From positions 32,001 through 96,000 of the forward strand of contig CAVUWA010000011.1 of NCBI GenBank assembly GCA_963744995.1: a DNA stretch of 64,000 bases, in the 5' to 3' direction. The translations under genes were made by a program, and so were the position numbers. Source of the stretch: Candidatus Eiseniibacteriota bacterium. GTDB taxonomy: Bacteria; Eisenbacteria; RBG-16-71-46. Positions 38,160 through 47,584 of the stretch are shown here, one piece after another (position 1 is the stretch's first letter; the number at the start of each line of letters is the position of its first letter). The notes under the pieces were generated by a model that saw only the letters and a list, made by a program, of their open reading frames with translations, was not told the DNA's origin and ran no database searches.

Positions 38160-38567
38160 ATGAAGGGCAACACCGATCCCTGGACGTCCCTCGGCCTGCT
38201 GATCCTGCGCCTCGGGACCGGGGGCCTGCTGTTCTACGGCCACGGCTGGGGCAAGCTCCTCCACTTCGGCAGCCGCATTCACGGTTTTTCGAACCCGATC
38301 GGTCTCGGTCCCGAGGCCAGCTTCGTGCTGGTCGTCTTCGCCGAGGCCGTCTGCAGCACCCTCGTCGCGCTCGGCCTGTGGACGCGGCTCGCGGCGATTC
38401 CCATCGTGATCTTCGCGATCGTCGCAGTGTTCGGCCAGCACTGGCACGATCCGTTCGCGAAGAAGGAGCTGGCGCTGCTTTACGGGATTCCGGCGCTGAC
38501 GATCGCGCTCACCGGCGCGGGCACGTTCTCGCTGGACACGCTCCTCGGCGGGAAGCGGGGCGGGTAA
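38160..38567 (+). CDS. DoxX family membrane protein
   Basis: LGLLILRLGTGGLLFYGHGWGK, FAEAVC, LGLWTRLAA, KELALLY, GAGTFSLD. Confidence 0.9.
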   Translation: MKGNTDPWTSLGLLILRLGTGGLLFYGHGWGKLLHFGSRIHGFSNPIGLGPEASFVLVVFAEAVCSTLVALGLWTRLAAIPIVIFAIVAVFGQHWHDPFAKKELALLYGIPALTIALTGAGTFSLDTLLGGKRGG

Positions 38568-38577
38568 CGGCCGAGTG

Positions 38578-40215
38578 ATGCGCTTCGCCGGCGTCGCGCT
38601 CGCCGCCATCTGCGCGCTCACGCTGTTCACGGGACTCGATCGCGTCGGCTACCTCGACTGGCGCGAGGCCCGCGACGTCGAAGTCGCCCGCGAGATGATC
38701 ACGCGGCACGAAGTCCTGACGCCGCTCTACGGCGACGAGGCGCATCTCGAGAAGCCGGCTGCGGCCTACGGGCCGGAAGCGCTCGTGCAGCTGGCGACGG
38801 CGGGCTCGCCGGCCGCATCACGGCGGCTGCGCGCGATCTACGCGATCGTGCTCGTCGTGCTCACCGGCTCGATCGGCGCACAGCTGTTCGGCGTGCGCGC
38901 CGGCGTGCTCGCTTCGATCGTGCTTTCCACCTCGCTCATGCTGCCGCTCGCCGCGCGCATGGACGGCACGCAACTGCTGGCCACCCTGCTCGGCTGGGCG
39001 GGCGTGGCGGGCTTCGCGGACGCGCAGTTCGAGCGGCGACCGGGCGGCGGCTCGCGCCTGCTCGTGGCGTGGGCGGCGCTGGCCGCGGCACTGGTGATCG
39101 GCGGCCCGTTGCCCGCGCTCTGGCCGATCGGCGGCTGGGCACTCTATCTCGCGCTCGCCCGTTCGAGCGACGGCTGGCGGCGCATCGCGCTGCCGGCCGG
39201 CGTGATCATGATGATCGGCATCGCGCTCCCCTGGTACGGCGCGATGACCGAGCGCATGGGCACGGCGTTCCTTGCCCGCGTGCCGTTCTTCCCGTACGCG
39301 ACCGAAGCGCGCGGGCCGTGGTGGTCGGGCCCGGTCCTGACCGTTTCGTTCCTCGTGGTCGGATTCTTCCCGTGGAGCGCGATGCTGCCGGGGGCGCTCA
39401 CCCACGCGGCGATCTGGTGGCGGCGCGTCCTGCGCGCGCCGGTGCTCGGCGGGCGCGGCGACGCGCGCCACGATCCGATCGTGCGCGAAGTGCGCGAAGA
39501 GGGCGCCGCGCACTTCATGATCGCCTGCATGGCCGCGGCGCTCGCACCGATCGTGCTCTACCCGGGCGCGCCGCTCACGGCGGCGCTGCCCGCGGTGCCC
39601 GCGGCCGCGCTGCTGTGCGGACGCCTGCTCGATCACGTGTTCGAAGACCCCGCGCGCCTGCGCGCGCCGGTGCGCAACGCGGTGTTCATGCTGGCGTTCG
39701 TCGGCTCGGTCGGCGCGGTGCTGCTGGCGATGATCGGCCCGCGCATCCGCGAGGCCGAGCCCGAACTGCGGCTCGTGGCGACCGTGGTGTTCGCGACGTC
39801 GTGGCTGCCGCTGCTCGCGCATCTCGCGGGCCGCAGGCGGATCGCCGCGGTCGCGCTCGCACTGCCGGTGGCGATCGGCGCGCCGGTCGTGCAGCTGAAG
39901 CTGCTGCCGAAGATGGAGACCTGGCTCGACACCCGGGCGGTCGCAGAGGCGATGCGCGCCGCCGCCCCGGCCCGGGCGGCGCTGGTCACCCCGGCGCCGC
40001 CGCGCCCGTCATTGCGCCTCGACCTGGATCGCAACATCGTGGTCGCCGACTCGCTCGCCCGGGCGGTCGCAGCGCAACGGGCCAGCGATGGGCTCACCTA
40101 CATCGCATTCCGCCCCTACGACGAGGGCCGGGTCGCCAGCGACGCCGGCGGCACGCTCGAGATCATGCTGCGCACGCCGGCCCTGGTGCTGGCACGCGTG
40201 CATCCGGTGCGCTAG
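38578..40215 (+). CDS. ArnT/PMT-like membrane glycosyltransferase (GT-C fold)
   Basis: DWREARDVEVAREM, HLEKP, multiple TM helices, ALPWY, FFPWS. Confidence 0.75.
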   Translation: MRFAGVALAAICALTLFTGLDRVGYLDWREARDVEVAREMITRHEVLTPLYGDEAHLEKPAAAYGPEALVQLATAGSPAASRRLRAIYAIVLVVLTGSIGAQLFGVRAGVLASIVLSTSLMLPLAARMDGTQLLATLLGWAGVAGFADAQFERRPGGGSRLLVAWAALAAALVIGGPLPALWPIGGWALYLALARSSDGWRRIALPAGVIMMIGIALPWYGAMTERMGTAFLARVPFFPYATEARGPWWSGPVLTVSFLVVGFFPWSAMLPGALTHAAIWWRRVLRAPVLGGRGDARHDPIVREVREEGAAHFMIACMAAALAPIVLYPGAPLTAALPAVPAAALLCGRLLDHVFEDPARLRAPVRNAVFMLAFVGSVGAVLLAMIGPRIREAEPELRLVATVVFATSWLPLLAHLAGRRRIAAVALALPVAIGAPVVQLKLLPKMETWLDTRAVAEAMRAAAPARAALVTPAPPRPSLRLDLDRNIVVADSLARAVAAQRASDGLTYIAFRPYDEGRVASDAGGTLEIMLRTPALVLARVHPVR

Positions 40216-40233
40216 CGGCGCGGGCCGCTCCGC

Positions 40234-41289
40234 CTACGACGCCTGCCGCCGCGTGCCCTCGGCGAGCGCCACGATCATCGCCGCGGCTTCCCGGGCGTCG
40301 GCGGGCAGCAGGCCGATGCCTTTGGCGCGCAGCCAGTCCGGTTCACGCAGCGCGCCCGGCCCGCCGACCACGAGCAGCGGCGGCTTGCGCATCGCGGCGA
40401 GCCGCTTCGCGCTGCGGGCGAGGTCCTCCTTCGGCAGATCGAGGGTCGCCGACAGCGCCACGACGCGGACGCCCGAGCGGTGCATGGCGCGTTCGAGCGC
40501 AACCGACGGCATGTCGGCGCCGAGGTAGAGCGTGCTCACGCCTTCGAGACCGATCTCGAGGGTGAGCAGCATCAGCATGATGTCGTGCGCGTCCCCCGGC
40601 GCGCACGCGCAGAGCACGCGCGCGCTCTGGTGCAACGGACGGAGCCCGGCGAGGCTCGCACTCAGCCGTTCGCGCGCGAACGCCGACAGGAAGTGCTCCT
40701 GGGCGATCGCCTCCGGCGTCTCCCGGTAGCGGGCGCCGATGCGCGCGAGCGCGGGCGCCAGGGCTTCGTAGAACGCGTCGCGCAGCGAGTAGATGCCGAC
40801 GGCGCGCGCGAACGCCTGTTCGAGCGCCGCGCGGTCGAATCCGGCGGCCGCGCGCTCGATGGCGGCCGAGTACTCCGCGAGCGTCTCGATCGAACGCGCG
40901 CTGCGGCCGCGCCTCGGCACCCGGATGGAAACGCTGCCGCTCAACCCGACGTTCTCGAGCGACAGCGACACGGTGCGTGTCGCGGGTTCGCCTTCGCGGC
41001 GCGCCGTGCGGACCTGCCGCTTGCGCGGCGCGGCGGCAGCCTCGCCGTCGCCGTCCGCGGTCGCCTGTTCGAGGTGGCTCTCCACCTGGCTGATCGGGAT
41101 GCCCTGCTCGAGCACGCGCTTGATGCGCCGCAGGCGCTCGAGATCGGTTTCGGAATACAGGCGGTAGCCCTTCGGCGTGCGCGCCGGCCGGATCAGATGG
41201 TAGCGCCGCTCCCAGGAGCGGAGCGTGTTGGCGTTGATGCCGCTCAGGGCGCAGGCGGACCGGATCGTGTAGCGGGCGGTCTTGGGCAC
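40234..41289 (-). CDS. MerR-family regulator with B12-binding domain (CarH/LitR-like)
   Basis: YTIRSACALSGINANTLRSWERRY...RTPKGYRLYS HTH; AQEHFLS; CAPGDAHD; YLGADMP; start GTG 41289 with AGGA upstream (41346 also possible). Confidence 0.85.
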   Translation of the reverse strand: MPKTARYTIRSACALSGINANTLRSWERRYHLIRPARTPKGYRLYSETDLERLRRIKRVLEQGIPISQVESHLEQATADGDGEAAAAPRKRQVRTARREGEPATRTVSLSLENVGLSGSVSIRVPRRGRSARSIETLAEYSAAIERAAAGFDRAALEQAFARAVGIYSLRDAFYEALAPALARIGARYRETPEAIAQEHFLSAFARERLSASLAGLRPLHQSARVLCACAPGDAHDIMLMLLTLEIGLEGVSTLYLGADMPSVALERAMHRSGVRVVALSATLDLPKEDLARSAKRLAAMRKPPLLVVGGPGALREPDWLRAKGIGLLPADAREAAAMIVALAEGTRRQAS

Positions 41290-41358
41290 GGTTCGAAGTC
41301 CTTGTGCGTCGAAGCGATCGGCAGGCATTCCGTCCGGAGCATCCACCGGCGCGCCTCA

Positions 41359-41462
41359 TTGTGCATGGATTGTGCAAACATGGACTTGGATGCACCGTGC
41401 AGCTGAATCGTTTGCGAAAAATACAGGCTGTTCCGGTGGCATCCCGGAAACCTTGTGCAAAC
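41359..41462. promoter_or_regulatory. Candidate CarH/LitR operator repeats
   Basis: TTGTGCA at 41359, 41370 (11-bp period) and 41453; the reverse strand reads TGCACA, matching the TnnACA core of CarH direct repeats. Confidence 0.5.
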
Positions 41463-41593
41463 CTGTCATGGACCTGGCCGGGGCATCGGAACGGGATCGG
41501 GCCGGCGCAGCGCTCCGGCCATGTGTCCGGGCGAGATGCCCGGGGCCGCGCCCGGGGCCCCACCCCGGCTCATTCCACACGGGAGCATTCCGC

Positions 41594-43003
41594 GTGCGCA
41601 TCCTCCACTGGTTCCGCAAGGACCTGCGGCTCTCCGACAACACCGCGCTCGACGAGGCGCTGCGCGATGCCGCGGGGAACGTCGTGCCGTTCTATGCGAG
41701 CGAGCCCTCGATCCTCGGTCGCGACGACATGGCGGCGGTGCGCGTGCAGTTCGTGCTCGACGCGCTCGCGGACCTGGCGGGTGCGCTCGAGCGCGCGGGC
41801 TCGCACCTGGCTCTCGACCACGGCGAGGCCACCGACACCGTGCCGCGCGCGGCACGTGCCGCCGGGGCGGACGCCGTGTACTGGAACGACGAATACGAGC
41901 CCGCGCTGCGCGCCCGCGACGACGCCGTGGAGGCGGCACTCGCCGCGCAGGGCATCCGCGTGAAGCGCTTTCACGACCGCCTGCTGGTGCCGCCCGACGC
42001 GGTGCGCACCGGCAGGGGCGATCCGTTCGTCGTCTATTCGCCGTTCCGGCGCGCGTGCGAAGCGCTGCCGATCGGCACGCCGCGGCGCGCGGCAGGGCGT
42101 TTCGCCCCGCATGAGCTGCCGCGGCGCCGCATCGCGAAGCTCGCGGCGCTCGGCTTCGAGCTGCGGGTGCCGGCCTGGGCCTCCGGCGAGGCCGCGGCGC
42201 GGGCGCAGCTCCAGCGGTTCGTGCAGGACGGGCTCGCGCGCTACGGCACCGATCGCGACCGTCCTGCGGCGGGGGCCGTGTCGCGGCTCTCGCCGCATCT
42301 TCGCTTCGGCACGATCTCGGTGCGCACGGTGGCGGCCGCGGCGCACGAGGCGGCGCGCGCCGACCGGCGGCTCGGGAAGGCCGTGGACAGGTACGTGGCG
42401 GAGCTGCGCTGGCGCGACTTCTACGCGCACGTCCTCTACCACTTTCCGCACGCCGAGCACGGCGCGTTCCGAAGGCGCTACGACGCGCTCGCCTGGGAGG
42501 GCGACCCTGCGCACTTCGAAGCCTGGCGCGCGGGCCGCACCGGCTATCCGATGGTGGATGCCGGCATGCGCGAGCTGGCCGCGACCGGCTTCATGCACAA
42601 CCGCCTGCGGATGATCGTAGCGGCATTCCTGGTCAAGGACCTGCTGCTCGACTGGCGGACGGGCGAGCGGCACTTCATGAACCATCTGGTCGACGGGGAC
42701 CTCGCGAGCAACAACGGCGGCTGGCAGTGGGCCGCCTCGACCGGCACCGACGCGCAGCCGTACTTCCGGATCTTCAACCCCGTCCTGCAGGGCGAGCGCT
42801 ACGACGCCCGGGGCGAGTACGTGAAGCGGTGGGTGCCGGAGCTGGCGGGCCTCGAGCCGAAGTGGCTCCACCGGCCCTGGGAAGCGCCGGATGAAGCGCT
42901 CGATCGGGCCGGGATTGCCCTCGGCCGCGACTACCCGCAGCCGATCGTCGATCACGCCGAGCAGCGGGATCTGGCCCTGGAGATGTTCAGGGTGGCGAAA
43001 TGA
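41594..43003 (+). CDS. phrB: Deoxyribodipyrimidine photolyase
   Basis: WFRKDLRLSDN, SRLSPHLRFG, ELRWRDFY, GRTGYPMVDAGMR, HNRLRM, DGDLASNNGGWQW, YFRIFNP. Confidence 0.93.
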   Translation: MRILHWFRKDLRLSDNTALDEALRDAAGNVVPFYASEPSILGRDDMAAVRVQFVLDALADLAGALERAGSHLALDHGEATDTVPRAARAAGADAVYWNDEYEPALRARDDAVEAALAAQGIRVKRFHDRLLVPPDAVRTGRGDPFVVYSPFRRACEALPIGTPRRAAGRFAPHELPRRRIAKLAALGFELRVPAWASGEAAARAQLQRFVQDGLARYGTDRDRPAAGAVSRLSPHLRFGTISVRTVAAAAHEAARADRRLGKAVDRYVAELRWRDFYAHVLYHFPHAEHGAFRRRYDALAWEGDPAHFEAWRAGRTGYPMVDAGMRELAATGFMHNRLRMIVAAFLVKDLLLDWRTGERHFMNHLVDGDLASNNGGWQWAASTGTDAQPYFRIFNPVLQGERYDARGEYVKRWVPELAGLEPKWLHRPWEAPDEALDRAGIALGRDYPQPIVDHAEQRDLALEMFRVAK

Positions 43004-43179
43004 CGATATTTCGTCATTCAGAGGCGATGGGTGGGCCAGCCTGCGCTCCGGGGGACCTCGATTCGCTCCAGGTTGGTACGCCCGTTTGCAGCGCGCGCGA
43101 GCGCCGTGCGGGGGCGGCAACTGGCCCATGCGTCAGGCTTTCGCGATATTTCGTAATTACAAGTCAACGATATTTCGTC
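42999..43179. promoter_or_regulatory. Three copies of CGATATTTCGT, candidate binding sites for a Fis-type HTH regulator
   Basis: Exact copies at 43004, 43144 and 43168; the first lies within the palindrome AATGACGA-TATT-TCGTCATT. Confidence 0.6.
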
Positions 43180-43191
43180 TAGAGTTCGCAC

Positions 43192-43908
43192 ATGCTCGAC
43201 GCGAGGTCTTCCGGGAACGCGATTCTCGACCGGCTCGCCACCGGACTCATCGCCGGCGCGGATGGGGTGCTCGCCCGGGTCTGGCTGATGGGCCCGGGCG
43301 ACCTCTGCCAGGAATGCGCCATGCAGCGCGAATGCGCCGATCGGGCGCGCTGTCTGCACCTGGTGAAGAGCGCCGGCACCACCGCGCGGATCGACGGCCC
43401 GTTCCGGCGTTTTCCGCTCGGTGCGCGGGAAGTCGGCCGCGTTCCGGAGACCTCGCAGACGTTCGTCGTGAACGACGGTCTCGAAGCCATGGGCCTGGCC
43501 GATCGCGCCTGGCTCATGGCGCACGACGTCCGCGCCTTCGCCGCGGCGCCGATGGTGGTGGAGGGCGTCTGCACCGGCGTGGTCGCCGTGTTCGCGCGCC
43601 GGGCGATCGAGCCCGCGCTCGTGGCGGCGATCGAGGCGATGGCAGCGATCGCCGGCGGTGCGCTCGCCGCGCTGCGCGAAGCGCCGGCGGCGCCGCGGGC
43701 CGCGGCGCGTGCGTCGACCGCAGCCGTGGCAGGCATCGACTGCCTGCGCGCCTGGGATCACATCGAGCGCGAGGTGCTGGAACGCGTGCTCCTCCACACC
43801 GGCGGCAGGGTCAGCGGCCCGCATGGCGCCGCGGCGATCCTCGATCTGAAACCGACGACGCTGCAGTCACGCCTCAAGCGGCTCGGCGTTCGCAGGAAAC
43901 GCGGGTGA
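43192..43908 (+). CDS. GAF domain + Fis-type HTH regulator lacking the sigma54 AAA+ domain
   Basis: Cys-rich GAF (RVWLMGPGDLCQEC...C...CLHL, FAAAPMVVEG); C-terminal EREVLERVL...GRVSGPHGAAAILDLKPTTLQSRLKRLG as in FhlA/HyfR; no Walker A or GAFTGA. Confidence 0.75.
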   Translation: MLDARSSGNAILDRLATGLIAGADGVLARVWLMGPGDLCQECAMQRECADRARCLHLVKSAGTTARIDGPFRRFPLGAREVGRVPETSQTFVVNDGLEAMGLADRAWLMAHDVRAFAAAPMVVEGVCTGVVAVFARRAIEPALVAAIEAMAAIAGGALAALREAPAAPRAAARASTAAVAGIDCLRAWDHIEREVLERVLLHTGGRVSGPHGAAAILDLKPTTLQSRLKRLGVRRKRG

Positions 43909-44918
43909 GCGACGCGCACCCGGCCCGGGACGGCGCGTCCGCCGGGCCGCCGGGCCGTCCGCTCCACGCCTGGTACAGCGACCACTTTCCGCTGCCGCTT
44001 CCGGCCGGGCATCCGTTTCCACTGGCGAAGTACGGCGCCCTGCGCGAGTTGCTCGTTGCGGGCGGCGTGCTCGACGCCGCGCACGTCCACCCCTCGGACA
44101 TCGCGCCGGAGGAGTGGCTCGCGCTCGTCCACAGCGCGGAGTACATCGCCCGCGTCGGTCGCGGCGAGCTCGGCCCGTCCGAGCGGCTGCGTCTCGGCCT
44201 GCCGTGGTCGGAGGCGCTCCTGGCCCGCGCGCGCGCGGCGCTCTACGGCACCGTGATGGCGGCCCGCGCGGCGCTGGTGCACGGCATCGCCGGGAACCTC
44301 GCCGGCGGCACGCATCACGCCTACCGCGACCGCGCCGAGGGCTACTGCGTCTTCAACGACCTCGCGGTGGCGATTGAGTGGTTGCGGGCCGAGGGCCGGA
44401 TCGCGCGGCCGTTCGTCGCCGACCTCGACGTGCATCAGGGCAACGGCACGGCGGCGATCTTCGAGCACGACGAGACGACGTTCACGTTCTCGATGCATGG
44501 CGAGGCGAACTACCCGAACCCCAAGGAGCGCAGCTCGCTCGACGTGCCGCTCGCCCGCGGCTGCGACGACGCCACGTACCTCGCGGCGCTCGACGCGCAC
44601 CTGCCGGCGGCGCTGGCGCGGCACCGGCCCGACATCGTGTTCTATCAGGCCGGCGTGGACGGGCTCGCCGAAGATCGCTTCGGCCGCCTCGCGCTCACCC
44701 ACGCGGGCCTCATCGAGCGCGACCGGCGCGTCTTCCAATGGTGCGAAGCTCGCGGACTCCCGATCGTGATCGCGCTCGGCGGCGGCTACGGACGCCCGCT
44801 CGAAGCGACGATCGCCGCGCACGCGAACGTCTGGCGCGTCGCGCGCGAAGCCCTTGCGCGGCGCCCGGCCACGGCCGGCGCGGCGCGGCCGGCCGAACGC
44901 GCGACCGACGGCCGCTGA
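43905..44918 (+). CDS. Histone deacetylase family (Zn-dependent) protein
   Basis: GTGA overlap; HPFPLAKY, GGTHHA, GYCVFND, DLDVHQGNGT, YQAGVD, LGGGY. Confidence 0.92.
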   Translation: MSDAHPARDGASAGPPGRPLHAWYSDHFPLPLPAGHPFPLAKYGALRELLVAGGVLDAAHVHPSDIAPEEWLALVHSAEYIARVGRGELGPSERLRLGLPWSEALLARARAALYGTVMAARAALVHGIAGNLAGGTHHAYRDRAEGYCVFNDLAVAIEWLRAEGRIARPFVADLDVHQGNGTAAIFEHDETTFTFSMHGEANYPNPKERSSLDVPLARGCDDATYLAALDAHLPAALARHRPDIVFYQAGVDGLAEDRFGRLALTHAGLIERDRRVFQWCEARGLPIVIALGGGYGRPLEATIAAHANVWRVAREALARRPATAGAARPAERATDGR

Positions 44919-45051
44919 TCCGGGGGCGGTGCCGGCGTGCCCGCGGGCCGTGCGGCGCGGCGCGGCCGGCGACCGCGCGCCGCGTCGCGTCCACGCCGTT
45001 CACGAAACCGGCAACAGCGTTTTCACCCGCATGAATATTGGTCGAAATCGC

Positions 45052-45079
45052 TTGACGCGCGTCGTGGCGTTGCTAGGAT
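45052..45079 (+). promoter_or_regulatory. Putative sigma70 promoter
   Basis: TTGACG-N16-TAGGAT with an extended -10 TG at 45071. Confidence 0.5.
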
Positions 45080-45121
45080 GCGCGTGCCCTGCCCCCGGGG
45101 TGACGAGGGGAGGTGAAGGGT

Positions 45122-45508
45122 ATGCAGCAGGGCATTCGAGCGCTCGCCACGTGCGTGGCGATGGCGCTCGTCGCGACCATCGCGGCGCCGGCGATCGTGC
45201 CGTCCGCACACGTCGCGCACGCGGCGGCGTCCTCCACGCCGCAGGCCGCGTCCAAGGCTACGAAGAAGGTGCGGGTGAAGACGTATCAGTTCACCGGCGT
45301 GATCGTGGCGATGGACAAGTCGTCGATCACCGTCGAGAAGGGCAAGAAGAAGCCGACGCGCAAGGTCTTCTCGAAGTACGAGAAGATGAGGGTGAAAGGC
45401 GACCTCGAGAAGGGCGCCCGCGTCACGGTCTACTACCGCAAGCAGGGCGACGAAGCGATCGCGCACCGCGTGGTCGTGAAGGAAGAGCCTTCCGCGAAGG
45501 AGGGCTGA
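45122..45508 (+). CDS. Small exported basic protein (OB-fold-like)
   Basis: Signal peptide; FTGVIVAMDKSSITV...LEKGARVTVYY...AHRVVV; GGAGG upstream; GTG at 45113 is an alternative start. Confidence 0.7.
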   Translation: MQQGIRALATCVAMALVATIAAPAIVPSAHVAHAAASSTPQAASKATKKVRVKTYQFTGVIVAMDKSSITVEKGKKKPTRKVFSKYEKMRVKGDLEKGARVTVYYRKQGDEAIAHRVVVKEEPSAKEG

Positions 45509-45564
45509 TCGGCTCCGGGCCGGGCGCGCCTCCGCGCCCGGCGCCGGCGAACCTCGCGGGCCGG

Positions 45565-47571
45565 CTACACCCGGCGCACCACCACCAGCGTCACGTCGTC
45601 GGCCTCGAGATGGCCGTGCGTGAACGTCCGCACGTCCTCCAGCACCGCCTCCGCCACGCCGCGGGAGTCGAGTCCGCGCGCGACCAGCCGCGGTACGAGG
45701 TCGCGCAGGCGATCGTCGCCGTACATGTCGTCCCCGCGCTCGGCCTCGGTGATGCCGTCCGAGTACAGGACCAGCACGTCGCCGGTCTCGAAAGGCGTCT
45801 CGCCTTCCTCGTAGGGCATGCCCTCGACCATCGCCAGCGGCAACCCGGTGGATTCGAGCAGGATCAGCGCTCCGCCGCGCATCAGCAGCACCGGGTTGTG
45901 CCCCGCGCTGCAGTAGCGCAGCGGCCCGTCGCCGTGCGGGAAGATCCCGAGGAAGAACGTGGCGAAGCGTCCGGGATCCGTCGCGTGATAGAGCGATGCG
46001 TGCATGGCGGAAACGATCGCCTGCGGCGATTCGCCCGCGCGCGCCTCGGCGTGAAACGAGGCACGCAGGTGCGACATGAGCAGGGCGGCCGCGACGCCCT
46101 TTCCCGACACGTCGCCCACGCACACGGCGAGGCGGTCGGCGCCGACGCCGGTCCAGTCGTAGTAATCGCCGCCCACCTGCTGCGCCGGGATGTTCAGCCC
46201 CCAGACGTCATACCCTTCGACCTTCGGCGGCCTCGCCGGCAGGAGGTTGCGCTGAATCGTACGCGCGACTTGAAGCTCGTGCTCCTGCGCCCGCGTGCTG
46301 CGATCGATGAGCACGCGGCGGAAGACCTCGGTGCTGCCCCAGGTGAGCGGGGGCAGCAGCAGCGCCATCGTCGCCGGCACCACGATCCCGCCCCACGCAA
46401 ACAGCCCGAACACCACGGCCGACATCAGCACCAGCGCGCCGAACATCGTCGCGAGCGCGCGCGGCAGGGGCAGCGTCATGAACATCCATCCCAGCGTCGC
46501 CGCGATGAACGCCAGCAGGGCCATGGTGAGGACCTGCGGGGCGGGCCTCAGGAAGCGCCCTTCCAGGTCGGCATTCACGGCGTTCGCGTGGATGAACACC
46601 AGCGGCGTGGCGGAGGAGAACGGCGTGGGGCCGATATCCGTCGCGTTCTCGCCCACCGCGGTCGCCCCGACGAGGACCAGGCGGTCCCTGAACGCATCGC
46701 GCAACCGCTGCGTTTCACCGTCGCGATACCAGCGCAGCACGTCGATCATCGAAGTGTGGTTGCGGAACGCCTCGCGGTCGCCGGCGAAGTCGATCGCGGT
46801 CGCGCCTTCGGCATCCACCGGCACGACCAGCCGCCCGCCGCCCGCCCAGTGCACGGTCACGGCTCCGTCGCGCAGCTCGAGGTCGGGCAGCGTCGTGTCG
46901 GCGCGCGCCCCCGCCGCGACGCGGAATGCGAGCGACGGATAGACGCGGTCGCCGTAGCGAACGAACTGGGGCACGCGCCGCACGACGCCGTCGGGATCGA
47001 CCGCCACCGACGCATGGCCGAGCCCCGACGTCGCCGCGAGCAGGGCGTCGTAGGGCAGCGAGACCCGCACCGCGGCGGCCGGCCAGTCCCCCGAGAACGG
47101 CAGGCCGTGTTTCATGAGCAGGGCCTGCTCGAACGGCGCCGTCGCCGCGCCGCCGCCCTGCGCGGGATCTTCGGGGACGAATGCGACGGCGTGAACGACG
47201 TTCGGATGCATGGCCGTCACCGCGGCGAGCAGTCGATCGCCCTGCGGGTCGTCCTCGTCTTCACCGAGGAACAGCAGATCGAACCCCACGCTGCGCGCCC
47301 CGGCTTCGGCGAGCGCCGCGATCAGCACGGCGTAGGTTTCGCGCGGCAGGGGCCAGCGCCCGTATTCCGCGATCGTTTCGTCGTCGACTTCCACGAGCGC
47401 GATGCGGTCCGACGCGGGTCGCGTCCCGCGGGCCAGATAGGCGACGTCGAGCAGCTTGAGATCCGGAATGCGGAACGCACCGAAGCCGTGGAGCAGGGCC
47501 AGCAGCACCCACGCGGTCAGCGCGATGCCGACGCCCCGCAGCCACTGCTGTCGCGGCCCCGTCGGGCTCAT
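45565..47571 (-). CDS. CHASE2 sensor + PP2C/SpoIIE Ser/Thr phosphatase
   Basis: IALVEVDDETI, GRWPLPR, VGFDLLF, DPDGVVRR, IHANAV, 3 TM helices; then VGGDYYD, GDVSGKGVAAALLM, LYSDGITE, DDVTLVV. Confidence 0.92.
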   Translation of the reverse strand: MSPTGPRQQWLRGVGIALTAWVLLALLHGFGAFRIPDLKLLDVAYLARGTRPASDRIALVEVDDETIAEYGRWPLPRETYAVLIAALAEAGARSVGFDLLFLGEDEDDPQGDRLLAAVTAMHPNVVHAVAFVPEDPAQGGGAATAPFEQALLMKHGLPFSGDWPAAAVRVSLPYDALLAATSGLGHASVAVDPDGVVRRVPQFVRYGDRVYPSLAFRVAAGARADTTLPDLELRDGAVTVHWAGGGRLVVPVDAEGATAIDFAGDREAFRNHTSMIDVLRWYRDGETQRLRDAFRDRLVLVGATAVGENATDIGPTPFSSATPLVFIHANAVNADLEGRFLRPAPQVLTMALLAFIAATLGWMFMTLPLPRALATMFGALVLMSAVVFGLFAWGGIVVPATMALLLPPLTWGSTEVFRRVLIDRSTRAQEHELQVARTIQRNLLPARPPKVEGYDVWGLNIPAQQVGGDYYDWTGVGADRLAVCVGDVSGKGVAAALLMSHLRASFHAEARAGESPQAIVSAMHASLYHATDPGRFATFFLGIFPHGDGPLRYCSAGHNPVLLMRGGALILLESTGLPLAMVEGMPYEEGETPFETGDVLVLYSDGITEAERGDDMYGDDRLRDLVPRLVARGLDSRGVAEAVLEDVRTFTHGHLEADDVTLVVVRRV

Positions 47572-47584
47572 GGCCGGAGCGTTC

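Noticed and set aside
38160..40215. doxX and the ArnT-like gene as part of the electron-conduit operon
   Set aside because: Separated from the barrel gene by 146 nt; both are common stand-alone families and nothing in the sequence links them to the conduit
43073..43090. TTGGTACGCCCGTTTGCA, resembling a sigma54 promoter
   Set aside because: GG-to-GC spacing is 11 nt rather than the required 10
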